Of a DNA stretch of 38,224 nt, positions 15,674 through 22,996 are shown piece after piece. The notes beneath the pieces were generated by a model, which was given only the letters and a program-made list of their open reading frames with translations, ran no database searches and was not told where the DNA came from. Made by a program: the position numbers and the translations under genes. Every line of letters starts with the position of its first letter. The first letter of the stretch is position 1. This DNA comes from a virus. Where the stretch lies: the IMG/VR virus record IMGVR_UViG_3300042902_000101, positions 1-38,224 of that record. One strand, given 5' to 3'.

Positions 15674-16055
15674 AATAATTCCAAATAAAAAGGACGGACT
15701 TTGTAGGGCGTATAGGTGCAAAAATAACCACCCTAAAAAAGACAAACTTTGCCCGAAACATAGAAAACGCATGCAAAAAGAGTCGGACCCCCTGGCCTAT
15801 ACTTTTAATCTTCTGAAATCGAACGCGAACCGACGAAATAAGGTTTTCGAATTATCTATCGAAGAATTTAAAATCTTTTGCGACGAATCGAACTACCTAG
15901 AATTAAAAGGCAAAAAAGGAAGTTCCGCTTCTATCGACCGCATAGACCCAGAAAAAGGGTATTCCCTGGATAACATACAAATAATGTCCTTATCTAATAA
16001 TTCTAAAAAGATGCACCAGGACAAAACCAACAAGGAAGAAAGCCTTCCTTTTTAG
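15666..16055 (+). CDS. HNH-type endonuclease (small, free-standing)
   Basis: N-terminal Cys/His cluster CRAYRCKNNHPKKDKLCPKH. C-terminal SIDRIDPEKGYSLDNIQIMSLSNNSKK, typical of short phage HNH proteins. Confidence 0.6.
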   Translation: MFKIIPNKKDGLCRAYRCKNNHPKKDKLCPKHRKRMQKESDPLAYTFNLLKSNANRRNKVFELSIEEFKIFCDESNYLELKGKKGSSASIDRIDPEKGYSLDNIQIMSLSNNSKKMHQDKTNKEESLPF

Positions 16056-16072
16056 TAACTAAAATTAACCAC

Positions 16073-16258
16073 ATGAAAACAACCATTTTAAAAATAGTAA
16101 TTATAATACTATTATTAATTGCCGTAATACTTTTTAATTTATGGGCCTTAAAAAATTCGTCCTATTTAGTAAAGACTATAGCCGTATTTATAAACATAAT
16201 TTTGTTTTTATCGACGCCTTTTAATTTGATTTTTAAAGACCGGAAACCTAGAAAATAA
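16073..16258 (+). CDS. Small two-TM membrane protein
   Basis: 61 aa with ILKIVIIILLLIAVILFNLW and IAVFINIILFLSTPFNLIF, and a basic C-terminus. Confidence 0.55.
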   Translation: MKTTILKIVIIILLLIAVILFNLWALKNSSYLVKTIAVFINIILFLSTPFNLIFKDRKPRK

Positions 16259-16266
16259 AGCCTTTT

Positions 16267-16339
16267 AAAAAATAATTTTAAAAAAAGTTAAAAAAAAGTT
16301 TTTTATTCCGGAAGAAGTTGTATCTTTACGGTATCAAAA
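16267..16339 (+). promoter_or_regulatory. Conserved promoter P4; 73-nt near-identical copy of 18674-18746
   Basis: Two mismatches to P5 over 73 nt. -7-like box TATCTTTA at 16321-16328, followed by CGGTATC as in P1. Confidence 0.6.
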
Positions 16340-16350
16340 AACCAAAAAAC

Positions 16351-16593
16351 ATGAAAAAATTAATTTTTAGACTTAAATACGCTTTCGGATTTATAGCGCC
16401 CGAACCGGAAACTTTAGAAGAAGACGTTATAAGAATGGCTTTATATATAAAAAAAAGCTATTCCCCAGAAAATAGGGCGATACTGGTAAATTCAGTAAAA
16501 GAAAAAACTATCCGCTTTATAGAGTTAGAACGCGACGAATATACTAAATATTTAGACGATTGCCGTTCTTCTTTGAGAAGCTTAAAAAACTAG
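16351..16593 (+). CDS. Hypothetical protein
   Basis: ATG 16351 (MKKLIFRL...) is chosen because the track start at 16318 is a TTG inside promoter P4. Confidence 0.6.
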   Translation: MKKLIFRLKYAFGFIAPEPETLEEDVIRMALYIKKSYSPENRAILVNSVKEKTIRFIELERDEYTKYLDDCRSSLRSLKN

Positions 16594-16598
16594 AAACT

Positions 16599-16877
16599 AT
16601 GGAAAATTACGACCACGACGTTATAGGGATAGGGAACCCGGACCACCCAGCGAACGAAAAAGAAGCCGAATATTTCATTTCTGAAGATTTAAAAGAATGT
16701 TTAGGCCACTTTATAGAAACTAAAGAGATCGGGCCATTAGAAGAAGCTATAGAAGTTATAAATTTTAGAATAGCCAAAGCTTCTGAAGAATTACAAGACG
16801 TTATAGTTTCCCTGGAAGCTAGCCCTTTGAAATTCAAACTAATAAATTTAAAAAAGCGACTAAATGGCAAATATTAA
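16599..16877 (+). CDS. Hypothetical acidic protein
   Basis: ATG 16599 (MENYDHD...). The track start at 16560 is a TTG that overlaps the previous gene. Confidence 0.6.
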   Translation: MENYDHDVIGIGNPDHPANEKEAEYFISEDLKECLGHFIETKEIGPLEEAIEVINFRIAKASEELQDVIVSLEASPLKFKLINLKKRLNGKY

Positions 16878-17136
16878 AATATTAGAAATAGACCGCGAAC
16901 CTAAAATTTTAACCCTGGGGCAAAATTACCATTGCACCTGGGCGGCGAAGGGTTGTATTTGGAAATTAACGGGCTTCGTTAATAGTAACCAAGTAGAATT
17001 AACTACGCCAAGGTCTAAAAGGAAAATCTACGCGAAACCTTCAGATCTTCGACTTACTGAAAGTGCGGCCGTAGTAGAAGCTAAAAAAAGAATCGTTAAG
17101 GAACTGGAAAAAACACAACTAAAATTAGCTTTATGA
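16864..17136 (+). CDS. Hypothetical protein
   Basis: 90-aa ORF overlapping both neighbours by a few nt (translational coupling pattern). Confidence 0.6.
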   Translation: MANIKILEIDREPKILTLGQNYHCTWAAKGCIWKLTGFVNSNQVELTTPRSKRKIYAKPSDLRLTESAAVVEAKKRIVKELEKTQLKLAL

Positions 17137-17561
17137 ATCCTTTAATTTACCCAAAAGATATTACCGAACTAAAATTGCATATTGACAAAAGGCTTCTAGT
17201 GGTATTTAATCAATATTTTAAAACGATGCGAAGCCCCTTCGACCCGGTAAACTATTCTTTATTTTTGGAAAAGTTGGATAAAACCCGAAAAGATAACGGG
17301 ATAGATAAGTATTTAAAACTTTCTAGGGTCTTCCGTAAAACTACGAAGGAGTACGAAACGGGTCCTTTAAACGATAGAGGTATTTTGATTAAAAAAAATA
17401 TTTTCCGCACGGGTTGTAAGTCTGGGGCGTATTCGGATAAAAAAGGCTTCGGGTATTGGGCGGATATGCATACTAAAACTAATATAGTGGTAAGCCCTTC
17501 AGATATTTTGGCGGGTGCCAGTCGTAAAGACTTTACGCATATTTTTTGGTATGTCTACTAA
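17133..17561 (+). CDS. Hypothetical protein
   Basis: 142-aa ORF with an ATGA overlap to the upstream gene. Followed by a terminator. Confidence 0.65.
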   Translation: MNPLIYPKDITELKLHIDKRLLVVFNQYFKTMRSPFDPVNYSLFLEKLDKTRKDNGIDKYLKLSRVFRKTTKEYETGPLNDRGILIKKNIFRTGCKSGAYSDKKGFGYWADMHTKTNIVVSPSDILAGASRKDFTHIFWYVY

Positions 17562-17564
17562 TAA

Positions 17565-17591
17565 AAATAACCACTTAAAAAGTGGTTATTT
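17565..17591 (+). terminator. Rho-independent terminator
   Basis: AAATAACCACT (17565-17575) pairs with AGTGGTTATTT (17581-17591). 5-nt loop and a T-run. Confidence 0.85.
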
Positions 17592-17673
17592 TCGAAAGAA
17601 TGAATAAATAAAAATTCAAAGTGCTGCAAAACATGGTACCAAAGATAGTAAATAAAAACTAATAAGTATAGTT

Positions 17674-18054
17674 ATGGACGTAAAAGATTTAAAAAAAGCT
17701 ACGGTTATGGTCGATTTATTGAAAAATACCCTTGCCGAAATTGATACTTTAAAAAATAGCATAGAAGAAACTTTCGACGGCGAAAATAGCGCCTACTTTA
17801 AAATGGACGTTATCGAAGCCCCTAAAGAAGTAAACCCAAACGGGGGTATCGCGTTAGCCGAGGCCCTACAAATAATTAGCGAAAACTTCCATAAAAACTT
17901 ACATAAGATTTCGGAAGGCGTAGCCATACTAGAAGAAATAAAATTTAATAACTCGGATTGCGTTTCTATTTTAACTTTAATGTTAGAACTAAAGAAGAAG
18001 CAAGCCCGAAATTTGCAAGAAGGTTTAAAAGAATTAGGAATCGAAATAAATTAA
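17674..18054 (+). CDS. Hypothetical coiled-coil protein
   Basis: 126-aa ORF, helical and charged in composition. Confidence 0.6.
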   Translation: MDVKDLKKATVMVDLLKNTLAEIDTLKNSIEETFDGENSAYFKMDVIEAPKEVNPNGGIALAEALQIISENFHKNLHKISEGVAILEEIKFNNSDCVSILTLMLELKKKQARNLQEGLKELGIEIN

Positions 18055-18059
18055 TAAAA

Positions 18060-18356
18060 ATGTCAAAAGGAACAAACACCGTAATACTTTTTAAAGGCGA
18101 AAAACATGTAGGGACGCAAAGCGTTTCTATCGACGAAGAAAATTGGGTTTCATTATCCCACAACGGTAGCGAAATAACACTATCAAAAGAAAACGCCGAC
18201 AAACTATTTAAACTTTATACTAGAGTAGTCCAGGACAAAGAAAACCAAATTACACTATTCGAAAAAGGTACTTGCGTTTGTACCGGGCCAATATCCTGGG
18301 CCGTGGGTGGTTTTTGTGTATCTTGCAACCTTAAAAAAAATACGACTAATGAGTAA
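18060..18356 (+). CDS. Hypothetical protein with a C-terminal Cys cluster
   Basis: ATG 18060 (MSKGTNTV...). CVCTGPISWAVGGFCVSC near the C-terminus. The upstream part of the track ORF overlaps the previous gene. Confidence 0.6.
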   Translation: MSKGTNTVILFKGEKHVGTQSVSIDEENWVSLSHNGSEITLSKENADKLFKLYTRVVQDKENQITLFEKGTCVCTGPISWAVGGFCVSCNLKKNTTNE

Positions 18357-18675
18357 ATCGAATACTAACTACGACGAATTAAGCCTCCTTATACTAAAAG
18401 CAGTAGAAGAAGAAACGTATTTCGATAAGGTTAAACTAGTCCCAAAGATTAGAACCGTATTAAAAATGTATAGGATAAACCTAGCTACGGCCAATTATCA
18501 CAAAGTAGAAAACCCGAGTAGATCGGCGGCCAGACTTCGGCAATTAGAACGCGAAGAAGTGAGTAAGCATTTTTGGAAGAAGAAAGCGGAATTTTTAGAC
18601 CCGGAAAACTTGCAAAAGAATTGCCTAGAACTGGACGCTTTGCTGGAAAAGTACGGTTTCGAAATAGGTAGATAA
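18349..18675 (+). CDS. Hypothetical protein
   Basis: ATG 18349 (MSKSNTNYDEL...), overlapping the upstream stop by 8 nt. Confidence 0.6.
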   Translation: MSKSNTNYDELSLLILKAVEEETYFDKVKLVPKIRTVLKMYRINLATANYHKVENPSRSAARLRQLEREEVSKHFWKKKAEFLDPENLQKNCLELDALLEKYGFEIGR

Positions 18676-18746
18676 AAAATAATTTTAAAAAAAATTAAAA
18701 AAAAGTTTTTTATTCCGGAAGAAGTTGTATATTTACGGTATCAAAA
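18674..18746 (+). promoter_or_regulatory. Conserved promoter P5; 73-nt near-identical copy of 16267-16339
   Basis: -7-like box TATATTTA at 18728-18735, followed by CGGTATC. Confidence 0.6.
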
Positions 18747-18769
18747 TAACAATAAATAAATAAGATACC

Positions 18770-18940
18770 ATGGTAGCAATAGAAAACAATAAAAACGTAT
18801 ATATCCAGAATAAAATGATAATCGCGTATTCTTCTAGTACTGATTTTTCGGAATACACAATTTTAGCGACGGGTTTAGATACCGAAAGGAAAACTAAAAA
18901 CGCTATTGCAAAACTAAAAAAATGTGGATCATTAAATTAA
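18770..18940 (+). CDS. Small hypothetical protein (56 aa, below the ORF-track cutoff)
   Basis: ATG 18770 lies 35 nt after the P5 -7 box. MVAIENNKNVYIQNKMIIAYSSSTDFSEYTILATGLDTERKTKNAIAKLKKCGSLN. Fills the gap before 18947. Confidence 0.45.
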   Translation: MVAIENNKNVYIQNKMIIAYSSSTDFSEYTILATGLDTERKTKNAIAKLKKCGSLN

Positions 18941-18946
18941 AAGACC

Positions 18947-19711
18947 ATGTTATCGCAAAACGAAGAATATAAAAGAATCAATAACGTAATATATAAAGGG
19001 GGCGACCCTTTTATAAAACTACAAAGTACATTTATAGACCTAGATTTTTTTAGGCCCGAAGCTATTACTTATATGAATAGTTATTTAAAAATGTACCCGG
19101 ACAAATTCGAAATAATTAAAAGTATGAATAGAATTATTAAAATGTTTTACGACCTGGAAACTACCGGGGTAAATGTTAAAATACATGGGGTCCACCAGAT
19201 TTCGGGCTGCATAGAAATAGACGGCGAAGTAGTCGAAACTTTTAACTTTAAAGTTAGGCCGAACCCTAAAGCGAAAATAGAACCGGAAGCGCTGCAAGTT
19301 GGGGGCGTTACAGAAGACCAAATTATGCAATACGAAGAAATGCGTTCCGTTTACGTTAAAGTCGTGGATATGCTCGCTAAATACGTGGATAGATTTAACC
19401 CAAAAGAAAAAATTTGGCTAGTCGGATTTAATAATAGAAGCTTCGACGATGTATTTTTCCGTAGTTGGTTCGAACAAAATAAAGATTCTTTTTTCGGGGC
19501 CTGGTTTTGGTCCGATTCTTTAGACGTTCTGGTCCTGGCTTCGCAATATTTATTAAATAGACGAACTTCGATGCAAACCTTTAAACTTAAAAGGGTGGCC
19601 CTGGAATTGGGTATTCCCGTAGACGAATCTAAACTACACGACGCGGCCTACGATATACAATTAACCCGCGAAATTTACCGAATAGTTACCGGCATAGAAA
19701 TAGAAATTTAA
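18947..19711 (+). CDS. DnaQ-like DEDDh 3'-5' exonuclease
   Basis: ExoI MFYDLETTG, ExoII GFNNRSFDDVFF, ExoIII HDAAYDIQLT. Confidence 0.85.
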   Translation: MLSQNEEYKRINNVIYKGGDPFIKLQSTFIDLDFFRPEAITYMNSYLKMYPDKFEIIKSMNRIIKMFYDLETTGVNVKIHGVHQISGCIEIDGEVVETFNFKVRPNPKAKIEPEALQVGGVTEDQIMQYEEMRSVYVKVVDMLAKYVDRFNPKEKIWLVGFNNRSFDDVFFRSWFEQNKDSFFGAWFWSDSLDVLVLASQYLLNRRTSMQTFKLKRVALELGIPVDESKLHDAAYDIQLTREIYRIVTGIEIEI

Positions 19712-19724
19712 ATTTAAAAATAAT

Positions 19725-20270
19725 ATGTATACCGGAAAAGAAATTTGTCAAGGGTGTAAAAAAACAGGACAAGAAGAAAGAAGATTTTATAAAAATGATT
19801 TGTGCGAACCTTGTAAAAATGTTCTTCGAAAAGGAAATTCTATTGAATTTGAAAATAATATAGAATACATACAAGTAAAAGATTGGTACAATGGATTTAA
19901 TAGTATTGAGTTCCGTGATAAGTCCCTAGATACTTTAGCAAATCGTTTTTTTGAAAGTCTAAATAATAGATACGCCAAAACTTTAGGTTTCGAAAATACT
20001 AAAAGAAGCCAACCCCACGGTTATGTTTTTTACAATATCCCAAAAGATATTTTTGAACACTTAAATAATTTTTTAAATGAATTAAATATTAATATTTCTG
20101 AAATTAAAAAAATGAAAGAAGATTCTGAAGAATATGCTAGAAACGCTGTAAGAGAAGAAAAAAACAAAATATATAATGAAGGTGTTGAAAAAGGTAGGGA
20201 ACTTTTATTTAGTTTAAATAATGGCTCAATAACAATGGAAGATTTTAATAAACGTATAAATAAATTTTAA
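19725..20270 (+). CDS. Zinc-ribbon protein, function unknown (in the CpG-poor island)
   Basis: N-terminal CQGC...CEPC (two CxxC pairs). Asn/Lys/Glu-rich remainder. Confidence 0.6.
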   Translation: MYTGKEICQGCKKTGQEERRFYKNDLCEPCKNVLRKGNSIEFENNIEYIQVKDWYNGFNSIEFRDKSLDTLANRFFESLNNRYAKTLGFENTKRSQPHGYVFYNIPKDIFEHLNNFLNELNINISEIKKMKEDSEEYARNAVREEKNKIYNEGVEKGRELLFSLNNGSITMEDFNKRINKF

Positions 20271-20274
20271 ATAT

Positions 20275-20460
20275 ATGATACCAATAGCTAAAAATTTACA
20301 AGAGGCTTTAAATCACTTTGAAGATAACAATAGCCCAATATTTTGCCAACAAGGTAAAAAAGCAAGTAAAACTTGTAACAGTTTAGATGAAGCAAAATTG
20401 TTTTATGCTAAAAACGCAAAAAAGATAAGATATAGAGTAACACCCATTAAAACCAAATAA
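20275..20460 (+). CDS. Small hypothetical protein (in the CpG-poor island)
   Basis: 61-aa ORF with the same atypical composition as 19725..20270. Confidence 0.5.
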   Translation: MIPIAKNLQEALNHFEDNNSPIFCQQGKKASKTCNSLDEAKLFYAKNAKKIRYRVTPIKTK

Positions 20461-20461
20461 G

Positions 20462-20773
20462 ATGCAAGGAAAATATTTAATTACTACCGATTCATGGTTC
20501 CACGGACCCGACGGTAAACAATATAGAGCAGTTTGGGGCGAAGTTAAAATTCTATCAGACGAAATACTGGGACTTAAGACTAACGCCCGTAGTTCTAACT
20601 GGTTCGCCCGAATAGGGACCGAAACAAACCACGTAATCGTCGCGGGGTGCCAGATACACTACGCACTAAAAACAGAAAAAGAACCCAATGCCGGACCGGC
20701 CGAAGATTATTCCGTAGACGAGGGAAAAGTGGCCGAATATTTTAGACCCTCGCATATTTATATAGCTAAATAA
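20462..20773 (+). CDS. Hypothetical protein
   Basis: 103-aa ORF starting 1 nt after the upstream stop. Composition returns to the genome norm. Confidence 0.6.
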   Translation: MQGKYLITTDSWFHGPDGKQYRAVWGEVKILSDEILGLKTNARSSNWFARIGTETNHVIVAGCQIHYALKTEKEPNAGPAEDYSVDEGKVAEYFRPSHIYIAK

Positions 20774-20811
20774 AACCCAAGGAATACCGGAAGGCGCCCT
20801 AGTCGACTGGT

Positions 20812-20826
20812 TAAACAATAATATTA
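20812..20826 (+). promoter_or_regulatory. Third copy of the iteron-core 15-mer TAAACAATAATATTA
   Basis: Identical to 22695-22709. One indel relative to 5909-5924. Ends 21 nt upstream of ATG 20848. Confidence 0.5.
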
Positions 20827-20847
20827 ACAAGATTAAAACCAAAGAAA

Positions 20848-21336
20848 ATGAAAAAAATTAGTTTATTTATTGCGCTTTTAAGCGTATGCGCGGCAAATGC
20901 CCAGATTAAAGAAGTACAAAAAGAAGCGGTAACTATCGCGGTACTAGTAGACCCTAAAGTAGTATTAGAAGACGATTCCCGAAACCTGGCTTTCGAATTG
21001 GAATATATTTCCTATAACGTCTACGTAAGGGCAAATATTAAAAGTATGCCAGACTTCGAAACCGGATATTTCGACTGGGGCGGGACTATTGGGACCAACT
21101 TAACCAACGGAAAAGAAACGGTAAGATACTACGGGGGTTTAAAAATAGCTACGGCCATAATAGGGGGCAAACATTACGCATTAACCGGCGGCGAAATCGG
21201 CGTAGACTTCTACAATTGTAATAAAATATTCATGGGCTTAAGGTTTTCTTCTGACTATTTAAGCCACTTTACCCCGGTAGAAGAATCTTCTAGGTATATT
21301 AATAGCGCAAGCTTCCGAATTGGGTATAAATTCTAG
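20848..21336 (+). CDS. Secreted outer-membrane beta-barrel-like protein
   Basis: Signal peptide MKKISLFIALLSVCAANA|Q. Alternating-hydrophobicity strands. Ends with the aromatic OMP-type motif FRIGYKF. Confidence 0.6.
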   Translation: MKKISLFIALLSVCAANAQIKEVQKEAVTIAVLVDPKVVLEDDSRNLAFELEYISYNVYVRANIKSMPDFETGYFDWGGTIGTNLTNGKETVRYYGGLKIATAIIGGKHYALTGGEIGVDFYNCNKIFMGLRFSSDYLSHFTPVEESSRYINSASFRIGYKF

Positions 21337-21340
21337 CGCC

Positions 21341-21739
21341 ATGACAAAAGAAGAAAAAATAATTGAAGCATACGGCGAAAGCTGGGATAAATTGCACCCG
21401 GCCGCTAGAGCGTGCGCCCTAAAAAATAACGGTTGGATAGGTAGTATTATTTCGCACCCACCAATAGACGTAAAACTTACCCTAGTTTTTCAAGGGTTAA
21501 CTTTCAGACCTAAAAGCCTGGAAGGTATCGAAACTAATAACGGTTGGGTAAAAATCTATCGTAAAAATGATTTGCCGCAAATGGATTGCGATTTATTCGT
21601 CCTAGATAAAGAAACCGGTTTACACTTTGGCCGCTGGGAACTTTCGGAAAATGAAAAACAAAACGAAGAAAATAGAACTTTTTGGGTCAAAAATGTAAGC
21701 CACTACAAAATATTAAATATTAAAAAACCCCTATATTAA
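21341..21739 (+). CDS. Hypothetical protein
   Basis: ATG 21341 (MTKEEKII...). The track start at 21320 is a TTG overlapping the OMP gene. Contains NNGW twice. Confidence 0.6.
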   Translation: MTKEEKIIEAYGESWDKLHPAARACALKNNGWIGSIISHPPIDVKLTLVFQGLTFRPKSLEGIETNNGWVKIYRKNDLPQMDCDLFVLDKETGLHFGRWELSENEKQNEENRTFWVKNVSHYKILNIKKPLY

Positions 21740-21742
21740 GGC

Positions 21743-21973
21743 ATGGAAATAAACGGTATAATATACGAAAGACGGGATTTAAAAAAGCCGTCGGGCAAGG
21801 TCCTAGAAGTTATAGCTTTGGCCCAAATGTTTGGCGGCTTAAAAGTAAAAACCCTAAACGTAAATATTATAGAAGAATTTAAACTTATTCAATTAAAAAA
21901 GTCTAAACTATCCCGAGCCGATAGGGATTTTATCGAACGTAAATTTAACAACCATTTTAAAAAAGTAGTATGA
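21743..21973 (+). CDS. Hypothetical protein
   Basis: 76-aa ORF, tightly packed. Confidence 0.55.
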   Translation: MEINGIIYERRDLKKPSGKVLEVIALAQMFGGLKVKTLNVNIIEEFKLIQLKKSKLSRADRDFIERKFNNHFKKVV

Positions 21974-22215
21974 AGAAAATTATATTAATTGTAGGCGACC
22001 AGGGGACTGGAAAAACTACGCTAGCCAATTCTTTTAAAGGTGCCAAAGTTTTGGAAATGTTAGAAGATCATACGTATTCTAAAGAAGAAATAATAGCGAA
22101 GAACGACTTTGTAGTTTTAACGTACCCAGGTACAAATATTTTCCTTAAAAAGAATATAGAAAAAATGGCCGAAGAAAAAAGCGCGAAGTTTTTCTATTGG
22201 AATCTAAACAAGTAA
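21970..22215 (+). CDS. Miniature P-loop protein (81 aa)
   Basis: Walker A IVGDQGTGKTTLA at residues 7-19, with a possible Walker B-like DFVVL. Too short for a standard NTPase. Confidence 0.55.
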   Translation: MKKIILIVGDQGTGKTTLANSFKGAKVLEMLEDHTYSKEEIIAKNDFVVLTYPGTNIFLKKNIEKMAEEKSAKFFYWNLNK

Positions 22216-22225
22216 TAATATAGAT

Positions 22226-22606
22226 ATGAAGGTAGAAAAATTTAAAGCAGCTAGGGCCAAACTTTTGGCAAAAAAGAAGGAACAAGAAACCCAAATAGAT
22301 ATAGAATATACTAAAATTTGCGACGCTTTCGTAGAAGAAAACATAGCCGAAAAATTACATTCGGTTTACGAAATGGTTAAAGGGTCCGGAAGCAAACCTA
22401 AAAACTTCGATAGATTTATAGTCTACACTAGAGATATTAGGTTCCTAGGCCTGGACCCTATCGTTACTTTAGGGGGCTGGTGGCTAAATTCGGAAAACTT
22501 GCCGGAAAAATGGGCGTCGTACGTTGTTTACGGAATTGCTAACAATACGGTTTTTACCCTATCCAGCAACCAGGAAAACAAGAACCACCCAAAAAGCGAA
22601 GATTAA
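22226..22606 (+). CDS. Hypothetical protein
   Basis: 126-aa ORF, the last gene before iteron element B. Confidence 0.6.
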   Translation: MKVEKFKAARAKLLAKKKEQETQIDIEYTKICDAFVEENIAEKLHSVYEMVKGSGSKPKNFDRFIVYTRDIRFLGLDPIVTLGGWWLNSENLPEKWASYVVYGIANNTVFTLSSNQENKNHPKSED

Positions 22607-22975
22607 ATAGTAAACAAAGGTAAACAATAATAAACAATCATTGTTTACGCAAGAAACCCAACGAGGGTAAGGGCTAACAAGGAAGTAAACAAAGTAAACA
22701 ATAATATTATAAAACTTTTTAATTATATAAATATATAGATTTTATATATTTAGGGGGTATATATAATATATACGGGCAAATTAAAGTTTTTGGGTTTTTA
22801 TTGTTTACTTTTACCCTTTTTAGCCCTATTTTGACTTTTAACTTATTGATTTCCAGGCTATTAGTGGGTAAACAATGCCTTTTTTCTTTGTTTACCAGGC
22901 CGTCGTAAATCTTTGAGCCTCAAAGGGTTAGCCGTAAACAATAATTGTTTCTTTTGTTTCTTTGTTGTTTCTTGG
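22607..22975. promoter_or_regulatory. Non-coding iteron element B, paralogue of 5821-6110
   Basis: Forward GTAAACAA copies start at 22610, 22620, 22685, 22694, 22868 and 22934, and TAAACAAT at 22631. Reverse TTGTTT(A/C) copies start at 22641, 22801, 22888, 22945 and 22954. Palindromes at 22631-22648 and 22936-22950. No credible ORF. Confidence 0.75.
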
Positions 22976-22996
22976 TCTTTTTTGGCGTTCTTTTAT

